Shown piece by piece: positions 63,385 through 64,000 of a stretch of DNA of 64,000 nt. The notes beneath the pieces are model-generated. The model ran no database searches. It had not been told where the DNA came from and was given only the letters and a program-made list of their open reading frames with translations. How positions within the stretch are numbered: the first letter of the stretch is position 1; every line of letters starts with the position of its first letter. Source of the DNA: Eledone cirrhosa (taxonomy: Eukaryota); NCBI GenBank assembly GCA_964016885.1, contig OZ024747.1, positions 5,952,001 through 6,016,000 on the forward strand. The letters are read 5' to 3'. Made by a program: the position numbers and the translations under genes.

Positions 63385-63665
63385 GCCGGAAATGTAGGGT
63401 GACAGCGTGGTAGGTGAGGGGAAAGCCGGAAAGGTAGGGTGACTTGGTGGTAGGTGAGGGGGAAGCCGGAAAGGTAGGGTGACTGGGTGGTAGGTGAGGG
63501 GGAAGCCGGAAAGGTAGGGTGACAGCGTGGTAGGTGAGGGGGAAGCCGGAAAGGTAGGGTGACTGGGTGGTAGGTGAGGGGGAAGCCGGAAAGGTAGGGT
63601 GACAGCGTGGTAGGTGAGGGGAAAGCCGAAAAGGTAGGGTGATTGGGTGGTAGGTGAGGGGGAAA
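63385..63665. repeat. 40-bp minisatellite x~7 within the PLE fragment
   Basis: Unit gccggaaaggtagggtgacNNNgtggtaggtgagggggaa repeated. Confidence 0.9.
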
Positions 63666-64000
63666 GGAAGGCGGGTGTTGCTGGTAGTGGTGGAGGGAGA
63701 GGGCTGTGGTACGGTCGGCTTCATGGGCGCGGGTGAGGGCAGCTTGAATCAGGTATGGAGGATATCCAAGCTGGATGAAGCGGGAAGCCATGTGATGGGA
63801 CTGAGTCTGGAAATCGTGGTCCGGGCTACAGAGCCGACGAAAATGGAGGAATTGGGAGGAGGGTATAGAGAGTTTGGTGTGGGTGGGGTGGGAGGTGGTG
63901 AAGTCAATGTAGGAGTGGGAATCAGTGGGCTTATAATAGATGGAAGTAGAGCGTGTGTGGTGAGTGTGGTCGATAGAGGGAGAGATGTTGAGGCACTGAA

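Larger units (their letters stand above)
63100..64000 (-). mobile_element. Decayed Penelope-like element (RT thumb fragment plus 3' region with HHR); runs off the window end
   Basis: The minus strand reads SIYYKPTDSHSYIDFTTSHPTHTKLSIPSSQFLHFRRLCS...MASRFIQLGYP, a typical PLE thumb. A hammerhead lies downstream at 63172-63207. Confidence 0.85.

Overview
Eukaryotic (animal) genomic DNA saturated with (TA)n/(CA)n/(GA)n microsatellites, SINEs, decayed LINEs and Penelope-like element (PLE) debris. The repeat landscape resembles octopus/coleoid cephalopod DNA (inference only). One host gene is supported: a two-exon type-A muscarinic acetylcholine receptor (24036-31614 + 35388-35701, about 2,630 aa) with an unusual third intracellular loop of about 2,200 aa built from in-frame repeats. 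The short inserts between (TA)n tracts repeatedly carry hammerhead-ribozyme (HHR) motifs. These include (i) several canonical type I HHRs with palindromic stem III, (ii) a 591-bp x4.2 tandem array plus an inverted copy, in which each full unit has a U3-A8 core-variant HHR (retrozyme-like), present in only one of three paralogous sites, and (iii) a motif in two divergent families in which the three hammerhead core strands occur in a non-canonical, pseudoknotted order with compensatory changes between families. The window also holds a near-intact 3' half of a PLE (RT + GIY-YIG), Tx1/L1-like, RTE and CRE LINE fragments, two dead mariner copies inside a recent tandem segmental duplication, Helentron-like elements with a 27-bp satellite, and many snap-back palindromes. 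All RNA structures were paired by eye and not computed, and many repeat boundaries are approximate.
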